From Pseudomonadota bacterium (lineage in GTDB: Bacteria; Myxococcota; JACRCW01; JAFGSX01), in NCBI GenBank assembly GCA_043821645.1, contig JBDRCO010000101.1:57356-121355 (forward strand): a DNA stretch of 64,000 nucleotides. Direction: 5' to 3'. This document shows positions 17,906 to 28,707 of the stretch, piece by piece. The notes below the pieces were generated by a model. It was not told the DNA's origin. It ran no database searches and saw only the letters and a list, made by a program, of their open reading frames with translations. Every line of letters starts with the position of its first letter. The stretch's first letter is position 1. The translations under genes were made by a program, and so were the position numbers.

Positions 17906-19315
17906 ATGCTCTGTGCGGCCTGCGGTGAACAGGTGTCCTTTGTTGAGCCCTGTCCACGCTGCGGACAGCCGGGCTTGCTGGTCCAGCGCTTCGAGCTTGT
18001 CGAGATCCTGGGGCACGGTGCGGTGGGGACAACCTACCATGCACGGCGCCTCAGCGATGGCCAGGCGGTGGCCGTCAAGGAGATGATGGTGCGCCGCGTG
18101 CTCGCGGCCAAGTCGCTGGAGCTTTTCGAGCGCGAAGCGCAGGTTCTTGCCAGCCTTCAGCATCCAGGCATCCCCGCGCTGTACGAGTCTCTTCAGGCAG
18201 GGGAGGGGCGTCACCTGGCGCTGTACCTGGTGCAGGAGATTGTCGACGGAGAGACTCTGGCCGAGGAGCTGTTGCGACGCCGTTGCTCCGAGGCCGACGT
18301 GATCGCGGTGATGCGGGGCGTGCTCGAGATCCTGGCCTACCTGGCCGACCGTCGGCCCCCGGTGGTTCACCGCGACATCAAGCCGGCCAATATCATGCGT
18401 CGCCGTGACGACGGACGGCTGGTGCTCATCGACTTTGGTTGCGTGCGCGCTGCGCTCGATACACCGGAGGGAGGCAGCACGGTGGCCGGAACTTTTGGCT
18501 ACATGGCTCCGGAGCAGTTGCTCGGGCGGGCGCTCCCTGCCAGTGATGTCTACGGCCTGGCCGCGACGGCGGTGCATTTGCTGAGCGGCGAGGATCCACA
18601 GCGCCTGATGGACCTGGAGCACCGCATCGCTCTGGATCAGATACCGGTGCTCAGTCCCGCGCTGCGCGAGGTGCTGCAGTGGATGCTGGCTCCCGAGCCT
18701 GCAGATCGCCCCTCGGATCCAAGAGCCCTCGCCGAGCACCTGGGACGGATCCTGCACGGCGAGGAGCACGCCCTGACCAGCGTTCCATCGCGCGCCCTCG
18801 GGCTGCTGCCTCCCCCTCCGCGCGCACTCCCGGAGCGCTTCTCGCATGTCCACGCTGCCGCAGACCGCGTCAAGATGCAGTTCGGCTTCATCCTCTTGGG
18901 CTCCGGGGGCGCGGCAGGCCTGCTGGGCATCGCGGCCACTCTCGCCAGTCCCTCGCTCCCGCTCCTGGATGTCCTTCTGCCTGCGGGCGGCCTGCTCCTT
19001 GCCCTGGGCGGGTCCGGTGCCGCGGTGCTCGCACGTGCCTGGCAGCGACTGATTCGACTGCGGCGCATCTACACCAACGGTGCCGCGGTCGATGGTCGGA
19101 TCGTCGAATGCACGCGCTCCAGCTACACGGTCAACGGCGCTCGTGCCTGGTGTTATCACTATCGGTACACGGTTCGCGGACAGGAATATGCAGGCAGCAC
19201 CGACAGCTGGATCGCGCTCGAGGTTTCTTCCGGAGACCGCGTGCTTGTGCTGCATGACCCGCTTCGCCCCGAGCGAAGCCTGCTTCATATCGACGCTGCA
19301 CGACGACGTTCTTAG
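17906..19315 (+). CDS. Hanks-type Ser/Thr protein kinase with N-terminal CxxC pair, two TM segments and C-terminal DUF3592-like domain
   Basis: GHGAVG, VAVKE, HRDIKPAN, DFG, GTFGYMAPEQ, SDVYGL. Confidence 0.92.
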   Translation: MLCAACGEQVSFVEPCPRCGQPGLLVQRFELVEILGHGAVGTTYHARRLSDGQAVAVKEMMVRRVLAAKSLELFEREAQVLASLQHPGIPALYESLQAGEGRHLALYLVQEIVDGETLAEELLRRRCSEADVIAVMRGVLEILAYLADRRPPVVHRDIKPANIMRRRDDGRLVLIDFGCVRAALDTPEGGSTVAGTFGYMAPEQLLGRALPASDVYGLAATAVHLLSGEDPQRLMDLEHRIALDQIPVLSPALREVLQWMLAPEPADRPSDPRALAEHLGRILHGEEHALTSVPSRALGLLPPPPRALPERFSHVHAAADRVKMQFGFILLGSGGAAGLLGIAATLASPSLPLLDVLLPAGGLLLALGGSGAAVLARAWQRLIRLRRIYTNGAAVDGRIVECTRSSYTVNGARAWCYHYRYTVRGQEYAGSTDSWIALEVSSGDRVLVLHDPLRPERSLLHIDAARRRS

Positions 19316-20133
19316 ATCACGCCCTGTTTGAAATGCTCCCGGCCCAGGAAGAAGAGCGAGCCCTGCCGCGGGTAGCTGCCCTGGCAGGTATCGCAGACGA
19401 CGCGCGCCGAGAGCACGCGGAGCGCTCCGTGGCAGCGGCTGCAGCGTATGAAGGGGGAGATATCGACGGCTGGGCGGATCGTGCGAAGGCCCCGTGCGAT
19501 CGCCACCTCACCGCGCTCGCGCGCTTGCTGTGCCAGGGCGCGTGCGAGATCGCGAGCACTCTGGCTGGTGTCCGGCATGGCTTCATCCAGCGAGAAAGGC
19601 TGGGTGCCGACCGTGTATGGGATGCGCGTGTGCCAGTCGAGGCGCGTGGCCCGCAGGGACGGATTGGTCGCATTGAAGAGCCGGAACGACAGGTTATGGC
19701 GGGTGAGCGCCTCGAGCAGTGCGTTCCTGTCGTGGGGCCCGGGTGTCTTGGGACGGATGTCCAGGACGCCGGCGCACTCGCGCAGCATCCAGCGGTGGTA
19801 ATCGCGGTGGGGCTCCAGCAGCTCGAACAGCGCTGACGGGGTCTCGAGGTAGCCCGCCTGGCTGACACGCTGGATCTCGTCGAGGCAGCGATGGATGTCC
19901 TCGGCGTGTTCGATCACGTGGCAGCAGATCGAGTAGGCGAAGGCGCCGTCGACAAAAGGAAGATCCTGCACATCCGCGACGATCAGCGGTCGCTGATCCT
20001 GAGCCAGCGCGCCTTCGCGCTCGCGCGGCTCCAGGAACTTGTCCACCAGCACATCGGCAAAGGGCAGGGGTCGGTGGCCGCTGCCGATCTCGACGACGGG
20101 ACCGCCGCGGACAAACTGGCTGAGGCTGATCAC
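19312..20133 (-). CDS. Class I SAM methyltransferase-domain protein with C-terminal Trm112-like zinc ribbon
   Basis: VEIGSG, LPFVDGAF, HVIEH, ETP; C-terminal CSRC...CDTC...YP. Confidence 0.8.
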   Translation of the reverse strand: MISLSQFVRGGPVVEIGSGHRPLPFADVLVDKFLEPREREGALAQDQRPLIVADVQDLPFVDGAFAYSICCHVIEHAEDIHRCLDEIQRVSQAGYLETPSALFELLEPHRDYHRWMLRECAGVLDIRPKTPGPHDRNALLEALTRHNLSFRLFNATNPSLRATRLDWHTRIPYTVGTQPFSLDEAMPDTSQSARDLARALAQQARERGEVAIARGLRTIRPAVDISPFIRCSRCHGALRVLSARVVCDTCQGSYPRQGSLFFLGREHFKQGVI

Positions 20134-21554
20134 GCTCGCTGCTCCGTGGTTTCCATCGCCTTACCATCGCGCGCGGCCAGGACCAGGCCAATCAGGCACC
20201 ACACGTCGGTGCGAAACAAGGTCTGGTTGAACTGGTACATGATCCCGAACAGAACCACAGCTGCCAGCAGCAGCGCACGACCCCGGGCGTTTGCCCAGGG
20301 ATCCCGCGAGCGCAGGAGCCGCCAGCACGCGCGCAGCACCAGCAGCAACGCGGCGATCACCAGCCCGAGGCCCAGCAGACCATTCTCGGCCGCGAGCTCG
20401 GCGTAGAGATTGAAGGTGACCAGCTGATCCATGCGCTCGGGGGAGAGCACCTGACCGTGCTCTCGTGCCAGAGCGCCACCGAATTGACCGAGCCCTACCC
20501 CCAGCACAGGACGGTCGCGAAACATGCCCAGGGCCTGCCGCACGCCTTCGAGCCGTGGTGCCGAGGAACTCTGCTCCTCGAGATCAAAACCTCGTCGCGC
20601 CATGCGCGCATAGCTGTCCGACGACGAGATCAGGAGCAACAGCGCTGCCAGTGCGTAGCCGGAGGCCAGAACCCCCAGTCCCCGGCGTTGCACGCGCTCC
20701 ATCCTCGACCAGCCGGTGACGATGACGGCGAGGGCGCACAGCGTGATCACGGCGAGCCCTATCCAGCCTGACCGTGACGAGGCCAGCACCAGGCTGATCA
20801 CCAGCACTGAGGAGCAGCCCGCTGCAAGCAGGGGGTGCAGAAGCGGTGGTCGCCGCAGAAAAGATGCGAGGGCCAGGCCGAGCACCGTCACCATGGAGAA
20901 CGCGAAGTAGCTGGGTTCGTAGGACAGGCCATTGATGCGCGGCAGTCCCTCCATCCACTGCGTCACCAGCGGAGGGTCGCCCCCCAGCGCACCCACCAGC
21001 CACTGCAGGAGGCCGAACATCGCGATGGCGGTCGCCGCGAGGATCGTGCTGCGAAGCGCGAGATCAACGTCGTCACGGGTCGAAAGAACCAGCCACAGGC
21101 CACCGGCGACGCCGAGGCTCGTGAACAGGGACCAGGCAACGTAGGCCAGGCCCTTGGTCGGATTGGGGACTTCTCCGAGTGCGACGTGTACACCGGCGAT
21201 CACCGCAAACACCACCATGAGCAGCAAGGGACGCGGAAACCGGCGCAGCGATTCCCGCAGGGTCCCGTGACCCAGCTCGCGGGCCAGCACTCCCAGGCAC
21301 ATGCCCAGAGCCGCCACCTGGCTCGCACGCAGGGTGAATCGCCCGAGCTCCGCGGTTCCAACCAGGTCTGGCGCAGCGAGCACGACCAGTGCCAGAGCTC
21401 CGAGGCGGGGATTCCACAAGCCCAGGGCCGCGAGGACGACGCTGCTCAGCGCAAACAGGACCGGGGCACCCGCCCACATGAGCAGGGGCAGCAAGCCAAG
21501 CACCAGTGCGGCGAGCACGGTGCTCGCGACCAGGTGACGTCGGGGAAATGGCAT
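20130..21554 (-). CDS. O-antigen ligase/polymerase family membrane protein
   Basis: Many TM segments; RINGLSYEPSYF, SSRSGW, PVLGVGLGQF, NLYAELAAENGLLG. Real part of the 20130..23366 ORF. Confidence 0.85.
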   Translation of the reverse strand: MPFPRRHLVASTVLAALVLGLLPLLMWAGAPVLFALSSVVLAALGLWNPRLGALALVVLAAPDLVGTAELGRFTLRASQVAALGMCLGVLARELGHGTLRESLRRFPRPLLLMVVFAVIAGVHVALGEVPNPTKGLAYVAWSLFTSLGVAGGLWLVLSTRDDVDLALRSTILAATAIAMFGLLQWLVGALGGDPPLVTQWMEGLPRINGLSYEPSYFAFSMVTVLGLALASFLRRPPLLHPLLAAGCSSVLVISLVLASSRSGWIGLAVITLCALAVIVTGWSRMERVQRRGLGVLASGYALAALLLLISSSDSYARMARRGFDLEEQSSSAPRLEGVRQALGMFRDRPVLGVGLGQFGGALAREHGQVLSPERMDQLVTFNLYAELAAENGLLGLGLVIAALLLVLRACWRLLRSRDPWANARGRALLLAAVVLFGIMYQFNQTLFRTDVWCLIGLVLAARDGKAMETTEQRA

Positions 21555-21620
21555 GTCGTGGGGGTGCAGAGCCGTGGTCTCCTCGTGGCACTCGTGGTAC
21601 ATGAGCGGCCGGAGGTGTTT

Positions 21621-23093
21621 TTGGCAGAAATCGCTGACGACGGCAACCGCACCTCGCGGCGCTCCGCCGGACACAACGCTGTGTCCCTGCTGGTTGGCCA
21701 GACGCTGTCTCGCTTGGTGGCGCTGGCGTTCTACATCGTGCTGGCTCGTCTCCTTGGACCCGGACGCTATGGCGATTTCGGCGTGGGCATGGCCTTCGGA
21801 ACACTGCTGGCTGTTCCCCTCGAACCCGGTCTCAATCCCCAGCTCATCCGCGAAGGCGCCCGCAACATCGACCGCCGCCGGGCCTATGCGGCCGATGCCT
21901 TTCGCTACAAGGCGGTGACCACGCCTCTGGCGGCACTGTTGATGGTACTTGCCGCCTGGCTGCTCGGCTACCGGGATGACGCCCTGACGGCCATCGCTCT
22001 GGTCGGGAGCGCGGTGCTGGTCATGCAGATCGAGGAGTTTGCCGCCGCGGCCCTGGCGGCGTGCGAGCGGCTGGACGTGAGCGGTGCACTGAGGCTGGCC
22101 AACAAGCTCCTGACGGCCTTTCCGGCGACGGTGGTGGCGGTGGCGGGAGCGCCTTTCGATGCGGTGTGCCTGGCCTTCTTGCTGGGTGCGGTCGCCTCGG
22201 CGCTGCTGTCCCTGATGGTGGTGCACCTGCGGCATGTCCCTCTGTGGGGGGCGCGCAGCGGAAGAGGCTTGCGCGCCAAGATCCGCATGGGACTGCCCCT
22301 GGCGCTGTCGAGTGCACTGTGGATGCTCGCTCTTCGCCTCGACCAGGCCATGGCCTCGCTGTTCGGAGTACCCGTCGAGGACATCGGTGGATACAACGCG
22401 GTGATCAAGCTCAAGGAGGCCCTGATCATGTTCCCCGCGGTGGTGGGGCTGGCCTTCACCCCGGTTTTCTCTCGCCACATCGACGACGATGGGGCGCTGA
22501 GAGAACACGTCGCCCGCGCCATGCACTGGGGCCTGGGTGGGGCCATACCCGTGGCCGTGGGTACGTGGCTGGTGGCTGCGCCTCTCCTCGGCGTACTCTT
22601 CGGACAGCCCTTCGTCAGCGCCGCGCCATTGTTGCGCATCATCTTCATTGCCTACGTTGCCAATGGCTTGATGACACTGCTCACGGCGCTGGTGGTGGCC
22701 CGTCACCACTACGCGCTGCAAGCGTGGGCTTCGGCCGCGGTCCTGCTGGGCAATGTCGTGCTCAACGCACTGCTGCTTCCTCGCTGGGGCATGGCCGGAG
22801 CTGCCGTGGCGACGGCCGTGGCCACGACGCTGGGTGCCCTGGTCCTGATGACCGAGGCCTGGCGCGCGCGTTGTGTCGGGGCCGTTTTCGCGGCCACGCT
22901 GCGAAGCGTGCTGGCCTGCGTTCCGATGGTCGTGCTGGTGCCCTTGCTCGTCGACGTGAACCTGGGACTTGCGATCGTGGCCGGTGCCGTGGCCTACATG
23001 GTCGTCTACCTGCTTGTGGGTGGTCTTGGGCCTGGTGGAGCCCGGGCTGCCTGGCGCTTCGTGCAGCGACGCGGGCGTGCGGAGGCTCCATGA
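21621..23093 (+). CDS. Wzx-type oligosaccharide flippase
   Basis: LARLLGPGRYG, RLDQAM, IGGYNA, NVVLNALLLPRWGMAGAAVAT; TTG start after GGAGG. Confidence 0.88.
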   Translation: MAEIADDGNRTSRRSAGHNAVSLLVGQTLSRLVALAFYIVLARLLGPGRYGDFGVGMAFGTLLAVPLEPGLNPQLIREGARNIDRRRAYAADAFRYKAVTTPLAALLMVLAAWLLGYRDDALTAIALVGSAVLVMQIEEFAAAALAACERLDVSGALRLANKLLTAFPATVVAVAGAPFDAVCLAFLLGAVASALLSLMVVHLRHVPLWGARSGRGLRAKIRMGLPLALSSALWMLALRLDQAMASLFGVPVEDIGGYNAVIKLKEALIMFPAVVGLAFTPVFSRHIDDDGALREHVARAMHWGLGGAIPVAVGTWLVAAPLLGVLFGQPFVSAAPLLRIIFIAYVANGLMTLLTALVVARHHYALQAWASAAVLLGNVVLNALLLPRWGMAGAAVATAVATTLGALVLMTEAWRARCVGAVFAATLRSVLACVPMVVLVPLLVDVNLGLAIVAGAVAYMVVYLLVGGLGPGGARAAWRFVQRRGRAEAP

Positions 23094-24148
23094 TACGGGT
23101 GCTGGTCGACGGGCGAATGGTCCGCGGCGCCCGGCATGGCATCGCGCGGTACACATTGTCGCTGGTCGAGGAGCTGGTTCATCACGGTGGCTTCGAGCTG
23201 GTGGTGGCTGCTCATCCAGACGAGGCTCGAAGCTTTTTAGATCTCGGAGCCGCTGTGGCTCCCACCCGGGTCGCCTTCGTGTCGGTCCGCGCCTCCCTCG
23301 AGCTGTCGAAGCTGGAGCGGGCGGTGCACCCCGATGCGGTCTTCTGTCCGTCCTTCGTGGTCCCACTGCTCCCGCGAGCGCCTCTGGTGATGACCCTCCA
23401 TGACGCCACGCACCTGCAATCCCCAGGCGACTACAGCCGTGCCGTCGCAGCCTACTATCGTCTGGTCACGTTGCCCGCGGCGCGGCGAGCGGCGTCGGTG
23501 CTCACGGTTAGTGAAGCCTCCAGCAGCGCCCTGCGGCGCTGGACGAAGCTCGACGATGTTCAGGTCATCCCCAATGGCGTGGACAGCCGGAACTTCCACG
23601 CAGGGGGGCCGTTGGATCCCAGGATCCCGACCGGCTGCATTCTCTACGCGGGTGGCTTCAAGCCGCACAAGCGGGTCGAGATGCTGATCGATGCCCTCGC
23701 CTTGCTGCCTGGGGTTCCACTCGCCCTGGCGGGCGCGGTCCCGCAGCCGCTGCGCGAACGTGCCTGGTCTTCCGGGCTCGGCGGACGCTGGCTCGAGCTT
23801 GGCCTCGTCGACGACGAGGTACTTGCGGCCGCCTACCGAGCAGCCACGGTCTTCGCCTACCCGTCCTGCAGCGAGGGTTTCGGGCTTCCCCCGCTCGAGG
23901 CCATGGCCTGCGGCACGGCCGTCGTGTGCTCGGCACTGTCATCGCTGCCCGAGGTGGTTGGGGACGCTGCCATGCTGTTCCAGGGCGACGCGCGAGAGCT
24001 TGCAGCAGCCTTGCGCAGCGTGCTCGACGATGAGGTCCGGCGCCGGGAGATGATTCAGCGTGGTGCCGCGCGCGCCCGCGTTTTTACATGGCAGCGGGCC
24101 GGGGTTCACCTGGCGGCTGTGCTTCAGAGGGCTGCGGGCAGCTCGTGA
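23090..24148 (+). CDS. GT4 glycosyltransferase
   Basis: GIARY, TLHD, IPNGVD, EGFGLPPLEAMACG; ATGA overlap with the flippase stop. Confidence 0.92.
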   Translation: MIRVLVDGRMVRGARHGIARYTLSLVEELVHHGGFELVVAAHPDEARSFLDLGAAVAPTRVAFVSVRASLELSKLERAVHPDAVFCPSFVVPLLPRAPLVMTLHDATHLQSPGDYSRAVAAYYRLVTLPAARRAASVLTVSEASSSALRRWTKLDDVQVIPNGVDSRNFHAGGPLDPRIPTGCILYAGGFKPHKRVEMLIDALALLPGVPLALAGAVPQPLRERAWSSGLGGRWLELGLVDDEVLAAAYRAATVFAYPSCSEGFGLPPLEAMACGTAVVCSALSSLPEVVGDAAMLFQGDARELAAALRSVLDDEVRRREMIQRGAARARVFTWQRAGVHLAAVLQRAAGSS

Positions 24149-25076
24149 GAGCCCCTCCCGACGATGGGCGCAGGGCCTCACGCACCAGCGCCTCGGTCAG
24201 CTCGGGACGACGGAGCACCTCGCTCCACTCGGCCAGCTGCAGCACCAGGGTACGTGGTCTCGGGCGCAGTGCGCTGATCACCTGCGCTGGCGTGTGATCG
24301 CGAAGCACGCCCAGGGCCAGGCGCCGGGCCTGGGCGGGATCACCGGGGGCGATGAACGAGACCTTCCACAGAAGGGCTTCGGCGCCAGACAGCGTTCCCG
24401 GGGCCAGCACTCCACCCCAGCTCAGTGTCTGCACGGCCTCCCGCCTCTCACCCCGCGCGAAGGCCTCACATGCGTGGTCCCGTAGAGCTGCGGCCACACG
24501 TTGCCGGAAACCCAGCCGTGCTCCCTCGACCCAGCGCGGTTCCATACGTGTGGGCGTATCGAACACGGGGTCCTGTCCCGCACTCCACAAACCGAAACGA
24601 ACCACCAGGGCCAGGACGCAGACGAGGGCGGCAGTGGCTGGACCACGAGGATCGCCGGTGGCTGGCCTGCGCGCGTGGACCCAGGCAGCCAGGGCAACGG
24701 TCGAAAGCACACGAGCCAGCGCCGGGAGGGCCAGCGTGGGTGGTTGAGGCCCGCTCGAGGCAAGGATGGCCAGCGCCAGGACGACAGACCCCCCGGCAGC
24801 CAGCGCGGGCGCCACACGCGCTCGCGCGCGGATCAGATCCACCCCACAGAGCACCGCAAGACAGACCGCGAGCACGGCCGGGACCTGCCAGGCGCTGACA
24901 GCGACACAGGCTGACAAGACCACTGCCCCGAGCGACTGGCTCCATGTCGCATGGGGATTCCACAGTAGGACGATGGCTGCTGTCGCCACCAGGCAGGCGC
25001 CGCCTGCACCCGTGCTGAATCCTGTGCCGAGTGCAGCGACGAGCCAGAGCAGGCGCCAGAGCTTAGTTGCCGACAA
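24084..25076 (-). CDS. Hypothetical membrane protein
   Basis: Hydrophobic N-terminal half; fills the gap after the TPR gene; start (TTG) uncertain; 3' end overlaps GT4 by 65 nt. Confidence 0.55.
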   Translation of the reverse strand: MSATKLWRLLWLVAALGTGFSTGAGGACLVATAAIVLLWNPHATWSQSLGAVVLSACVAVSAWQVPAVLAVCLAVLCGVDLIRARARVAPALAAGGSVVLALAILASSGPQPPTLALPALARVLSTVALAAWVHARRPATGDPRGPATAALVCVLALVVRFGLWSAGQDPVFDTPTRMEPRWVEGARLGFRQRVAAALRDHACEAFARGERREAVQTLSWGGVLAPGTLSGAEALLWKVSFIAPGDPAQARRLALGVLRDHTPAQVISALRPRPRTLVLQLAEWSEVLRRPELTEALVREALRPSSGGALTSCPQPSEAQPPGEPRPAAM

Positions 25077-28059
25077 GGAAAAGACCGCGCTTGGCGGGGA
25101 GCAGATCCAGGCTGGCCCGGAACGCACTCATGTACTGATCGCGAGCCTCGGCGAACTTGTTGCGCTTACGGGCGATGTCACCCAGCGTGATCATTGCGGG
25201 CAAAAAGGTCGAGTCGTCGTTGAGTAGATCTTGCAGTGTCTTCTCGGACGCGTCGAGCCGGCCGTCCTTGAACTGGGCCAGGCCGAGGAGATAGCGGGTG
25301 ACGATGTGGAGCCGATTGACCTCGTGCGCCTTCTCGAGGTGATCCAGCGCCGCCGTGTTGTTGTTGCGGCGCAGTGCCACGGCCCCCTCGTACATCAACG
25401 CAGCCAGATTCTTGGGGTCTTCTTTGAGAGCCTGTCGCAAGTAGGAGTCTGCGGACGCGAGCTCGCCCTGATGATAGGCCACGATGCCCATGGATGAGAG
25501 CCGGATGGACGCGTCGTCCTCACGCTCCTGGAAGCCCTTGAGCGCGGTCATGAAGGCATCAAGATCCGAGGGATACGAGGGGAAATCACTGAGCATGATG
25601 CGGTTCTGTTCGACGTCGGGTTCGACGTCGATGAGCTTGCGCATGGCCATGGCCATGTTGGCAGCGTCGCCCAGGCTCGCGTTGGCTGCGGCCAGCCCGA
25701 GGTAAGCCCGGATCTGGGTCGGGAAGTTCTCGACGACACGCTGAAACTCAGAAGCAGCCTCGCGGTTCTGACCGCGCTTCAAGCGCAGGCAACCCGCAAC
25801 GATGCGGGCGGGAGCCTCCAGGTAGCGTCCCTGGGTGGCCTGCAGAACGCGGTCGAGGTACTTGAGTCCCTCGTCGGGTTCGCCCTTGTTCATCATCACG
25901 CGGGCCATCATGTAATGGGCCGGCAGGAAAGTCGTGTCCGCCTGAAGGGCGTGCCTGGCGTAGCCCTCGGCTTCCTTCCACTTGTTCCGCATGGCGCGCA
26001 CATGGGCCAGGTGCACCAGCACGGCCAGGTCGACCTCGGTCAGATCCTCCTCGCTGGCCACACTCTCCGCCGCCACGGTGAGCTGAAGGTCGGCGCGGGC
26101 CTGATCGTTGAGCGCCTGGGAATAGACCTTGCCCAGCAGCAATCGGGCGACGCGGTTGGAGTCGTCCGCGGAGATGACCTTCTCCAGGGTCTTGACCGAA
26201 TCCTGGAACGCGCCGATCTCGATGTAGAGGTTGGCCACGGCCATCAGGGTCTCGATGTGCTCGGCGTCGCGGGCGAGGCGTTTGTTGAACCGCTCGAGGG
26301 CGGCCTTGAACTCACCCTGCCCCGCCAGGGCCTGACCCACGACCAAGTCCACCCGGGCCAGCGAGGGATCCAGGGCGCGCGCCTGCTCGGCCTGCTTGAT
26401 CGCGGATTCGTTGTTGCGATTGATGTCCGACTCGGCGAGCAGGAGCAGGGTCAAAGGGTCCTGGGCGTCGATACGCAGTGCCATGTGCAGCGAACTCTGG
26501 GCCTTCTGTACGTTATCCAGCGCGAGGAGCAGTGCGCCATGGGCTCGGTGCAGGGATGCCTTGTTGCCGTCGCGCTTGAGAGCGAATTCGATGCCCTCGA
26601 AGGCGGCCTTCACATCCTCGGTGCGCTGGCGAATACCGGGGAGCCGGGCCAGGTTCTCGACAAAAGCCGAGATGGTGTCGACGTTGTCCGGATCCAGGAG
26701 CAGGGCCTTGCGCAGTTCGTCGTCCGCGAGTCGGTGGCTGATCTCCGTGTCGTCGAGGTAGTACTTGCGCCCCTTGCGCAGGTGCTCATCCGCCGTTCCC
26801 TCGACGTCCGGGTACTGCAGACGCCACAGGTTGACCTGCCGCATGAACGGGTTCTCGACCTCGCTGCCGCCGAGGCCAGGGAGGAGGTCTGGCTTGACGA
26901 AGGCGACGACAATGGCGCCTGCGAGCACGAGCAGCAGCAGAACTCCGATGGTCAGCGGAGTCCGGGAACGCTGGCGTACCGATGCCCCCCGGGCATGCTG
27001 TCGCTCGACGGTCGGGGCTCCTCCCGAGGCAGCTCGCAGCGAGGGGCCGAAAACCCGCTTCTCGCCCACTGTCATGAACAAGTCGTCGCCCAGCGCCACC
27101 TCGTCCTTGTCCGTGATTTCACCCGCGCGAATGCGCTCCTTGACCTCGTCGGTGTCAAAGGGGCCTGCCATGTCACCGTTGGGCTTCTTGACTCGCCACT
27201 TGCCGGCGCTGGCCATCACGGACTCGGCGGCACCCGGACCTGCTGCCGAGGATCCTGCAAAGGGATCCTGGGCGGAGGCTCCGAATCCGGCCCCTGCGGC
27301 AGGTGGCTCCCAGGCGGGGGGAGGGCTGGCGGCGGGCGGCGCAGCGCCGAAAGGGCTCCCAGAACGTGGACCAAGCGGAGAACCCGCGCCCCGGTTGGGG
27401 CTTGGCGCGCTGGCGCTTGCACTTCCGAAAGGCCCTCCCGGCGCGAAGGGGTCCGTCGTGGGCTGTGGGGCAGGACTGCCCGAGAAGGGGTCTCGCGGCG
27501 CTGCCGGCGCTGCGGCAAAGGGGTCGGGCAGGCCCGCGCCCGAAGAACCGGGTGCTCCGGCAGGGGGCTGAGCCGCGAACGGCGACGCGGCAAAGGGGTC
27601 AGACGGCGGAGCGCCAAAGGGTGATGGCGCGGGCGCTGGGGCCGCCGCAAAGGGATTGGCTGGGGCGCCAGGTCCTACAGCGGGTGCGACGGGAACCGCC
27701 CGGGGTGCACCGGCCGGAGGTCCGAAGGGGCTTTCCGCCGCACGAGGAGCAAATGGGTCCGCGGCGGACGCTGCTCCCCCCGGGGGGGGGCCTGCAAAAG
27801 GATCCAGGGTAGCGGCTGGGGCTGTGGCTGCAGGTCTGGGCGCGAAGGGATCCAGCGGCGCGGCGGGCGCAGCGGGAGGGGGCGCGGCGGGAGCGGCAGC
27901 GCCAGCAAAGGGATCCAGGGGTGGTGCGGCGGCGGCCGGCGGCTTGCGGATGACCTTCTGATGCCCGCAGCGGGGACACTGTGCACGCACGCCACGATCC
28001 GAGATGAGCGAGTCATCGATGGCGTACACGGCACCACAGCTCTCGCAGTCGATGCGCAT
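25063..28059 (-). CDS. Zinc-ribbon + Pro-rich linker + GYF_2 + TM + TPR protein (GltJ/AgmX-like N-terminal architecture)
   Basis: CESC...CPRC (MJ0042-type finger), [14 protein letters not shown]...IRAGEI (GYF_2), one TM helix, long TPR array. Confidence 0.85.
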   Translation of the reverse strand: MRIDCESCGAVYAIDDSLISDRGVRAQCPRCGHQKVIRKPPAAAAPPLDPFAGAAAPAAPPPAAPAAPLDPFAPRPAATAPAATLDPFAGPPPGGAASAADPFAPRAAESPFGPPAGAPRAVPVAPAVGPGAPANPFAAAPAPAPSPFGAPPSDPFAASPFAAQPPAGAPGSSGAGLPDPFAAAPAAPRDPFSGSPAPQPTTDPFAPGGPFGSASASAPSPNRGAGSPLGPRSGSPFGAAPPAASPPPAWEPPAAGAGFGASAQDPFAGSSAAGPGAAESVMASAGKWRVKKPNGDMAGPFDTDEVKERIRAGEITDKDEVALGDDLFMTVGEKRVFGPSLRAASGGAPTVERQHARGASVRQRSRTPLTIGVLLLLVLAGAIVVAFVKPDLLPGLGGSEVENPFMRQVNLWRLQYPDVEGTADEHLRKGRKYYLDDTEISHRLADDELRKALLLDPDNVDTISAFVENLARLPGIRQRTEDVKAAFEGIEFALKRDGNKASLHRAHGALLLALDNVQKAQSSLHMALRIDAQDPLTLLLLAESDINRNNESAIKQAEQARALDPSLARVDLVVGQALAGQGEFKAALERFNKRLARDAEHIETLMAVANLYIEIGAFQDSVKTLEKVISADDSNRVARLLLGKVYSQALNDQARADLQLTVAAESVASEEDLTEVDLAVLVHLAHVRAMRNKWKEAEGYARHALQADTTFLPAHYMMARVMMNKGEPDEGLKYLDRVLQATQGRYLEAPARIVAGCLRLKRGQNREAASEFQRVVENFPTQIRAYLGLAAANASLGDAANMAMAMRKLIDVEPDVEQNRIMLSDFPSYPSDLDAFMTALKGFQEREDDASIRLSSMGIVAYHQGELASADSYLRQALKEDPKNLAALMYEGAVALRRNNNTAALDHLEKAHEVNRLHIVTRYLLGLAQFKDGRLDASEKTLQDLLNDDSTFLPAMITLGDIARKRNKFAEARDQYMSAFRASLDLLPAKRGLFLVGN

Positions 28060-28164
28060 GGCAGGGCTCTCCCAGCGACGCTGGTCAGCGACAGGAGCGC
28101 CGAGCGTCGTCAATCCATGTAAACAGAGACCTCACGGCGCGTTCTGCGCGGTACAGGACACAAG

Positions 28165-28626
28165 TCAATCGTCCCGGCGCGGATCCCATCCCTCGAACGC
28201 CTCCAGGCCACCATCGTCCTCGGGCATGTCCTTGAGCTTGGACAGGCCCAGCACCTCGACCTGGCGGATGCGCTCGCGGGTCAAATTCATGATGACTCCG
28301 ACCTCCTCGAGGGTGATGCCTCCGCGGTCGGCGACGTCCAGGGCGCAGGTCTCCTCGAGCTCCCACACTTCCTTGTCCGGGAAGTTGAGCTTGACCGACC
28401 CCGTGATGGGATTGACGTCGAGGTAGAGGTGGTGACGACAGGACACGAACAGGCAGGGACGCACACCCGTGCGACACTCATCGCGGGTACGCGGCCGGTC
28501 ATAGTTGACCACCTCGAAGGTCTCGCCGCGCGCAAGGGCGCGACGCCGCTCTCTCGCCATCTCCTTGCGGGACATGGTCCGAGCGCGCTGCCGCTTGCTC
28601 TTTGCCGCGCCGTCGGTATCACCCAT
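28165..28626 (-). CDS. Sigma-70 region 4-like HTH protein with Cys/His-rich N-domain
   Basis: [20 protein letters not shown] matches region 4.2; no region 2; GGAGG RBS. Confidence 0.85.
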   Translation of the reverse strand: MGDTDGAAKSKRQRARTMSRKEMARERRRALARGETFEVVNYDRPRTRDECRTGVRPCLFVSCRHHLYLDVNPITGSVKLNFPDKEVWELEETCALDVADRGGITLEEVGVIMNLTRERIRQVEVLGLSKLKDMPEDDGGLEAFEGWDPRRDD

Positions 28627-28707
28627 CGTCACCTCCGAGCCATTGTGAATGACACGAATGCCCGGGTCGAGTCAACGGGCTGCTCGTGTGTCCGCCGCTT
28701 CAACCCC

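Noticed and set aside
21603..23366. N-terminal extension of the 1078-aa ORF
   Set aside because: Antisense to flippase/GT4; the ligase starts near 21554.
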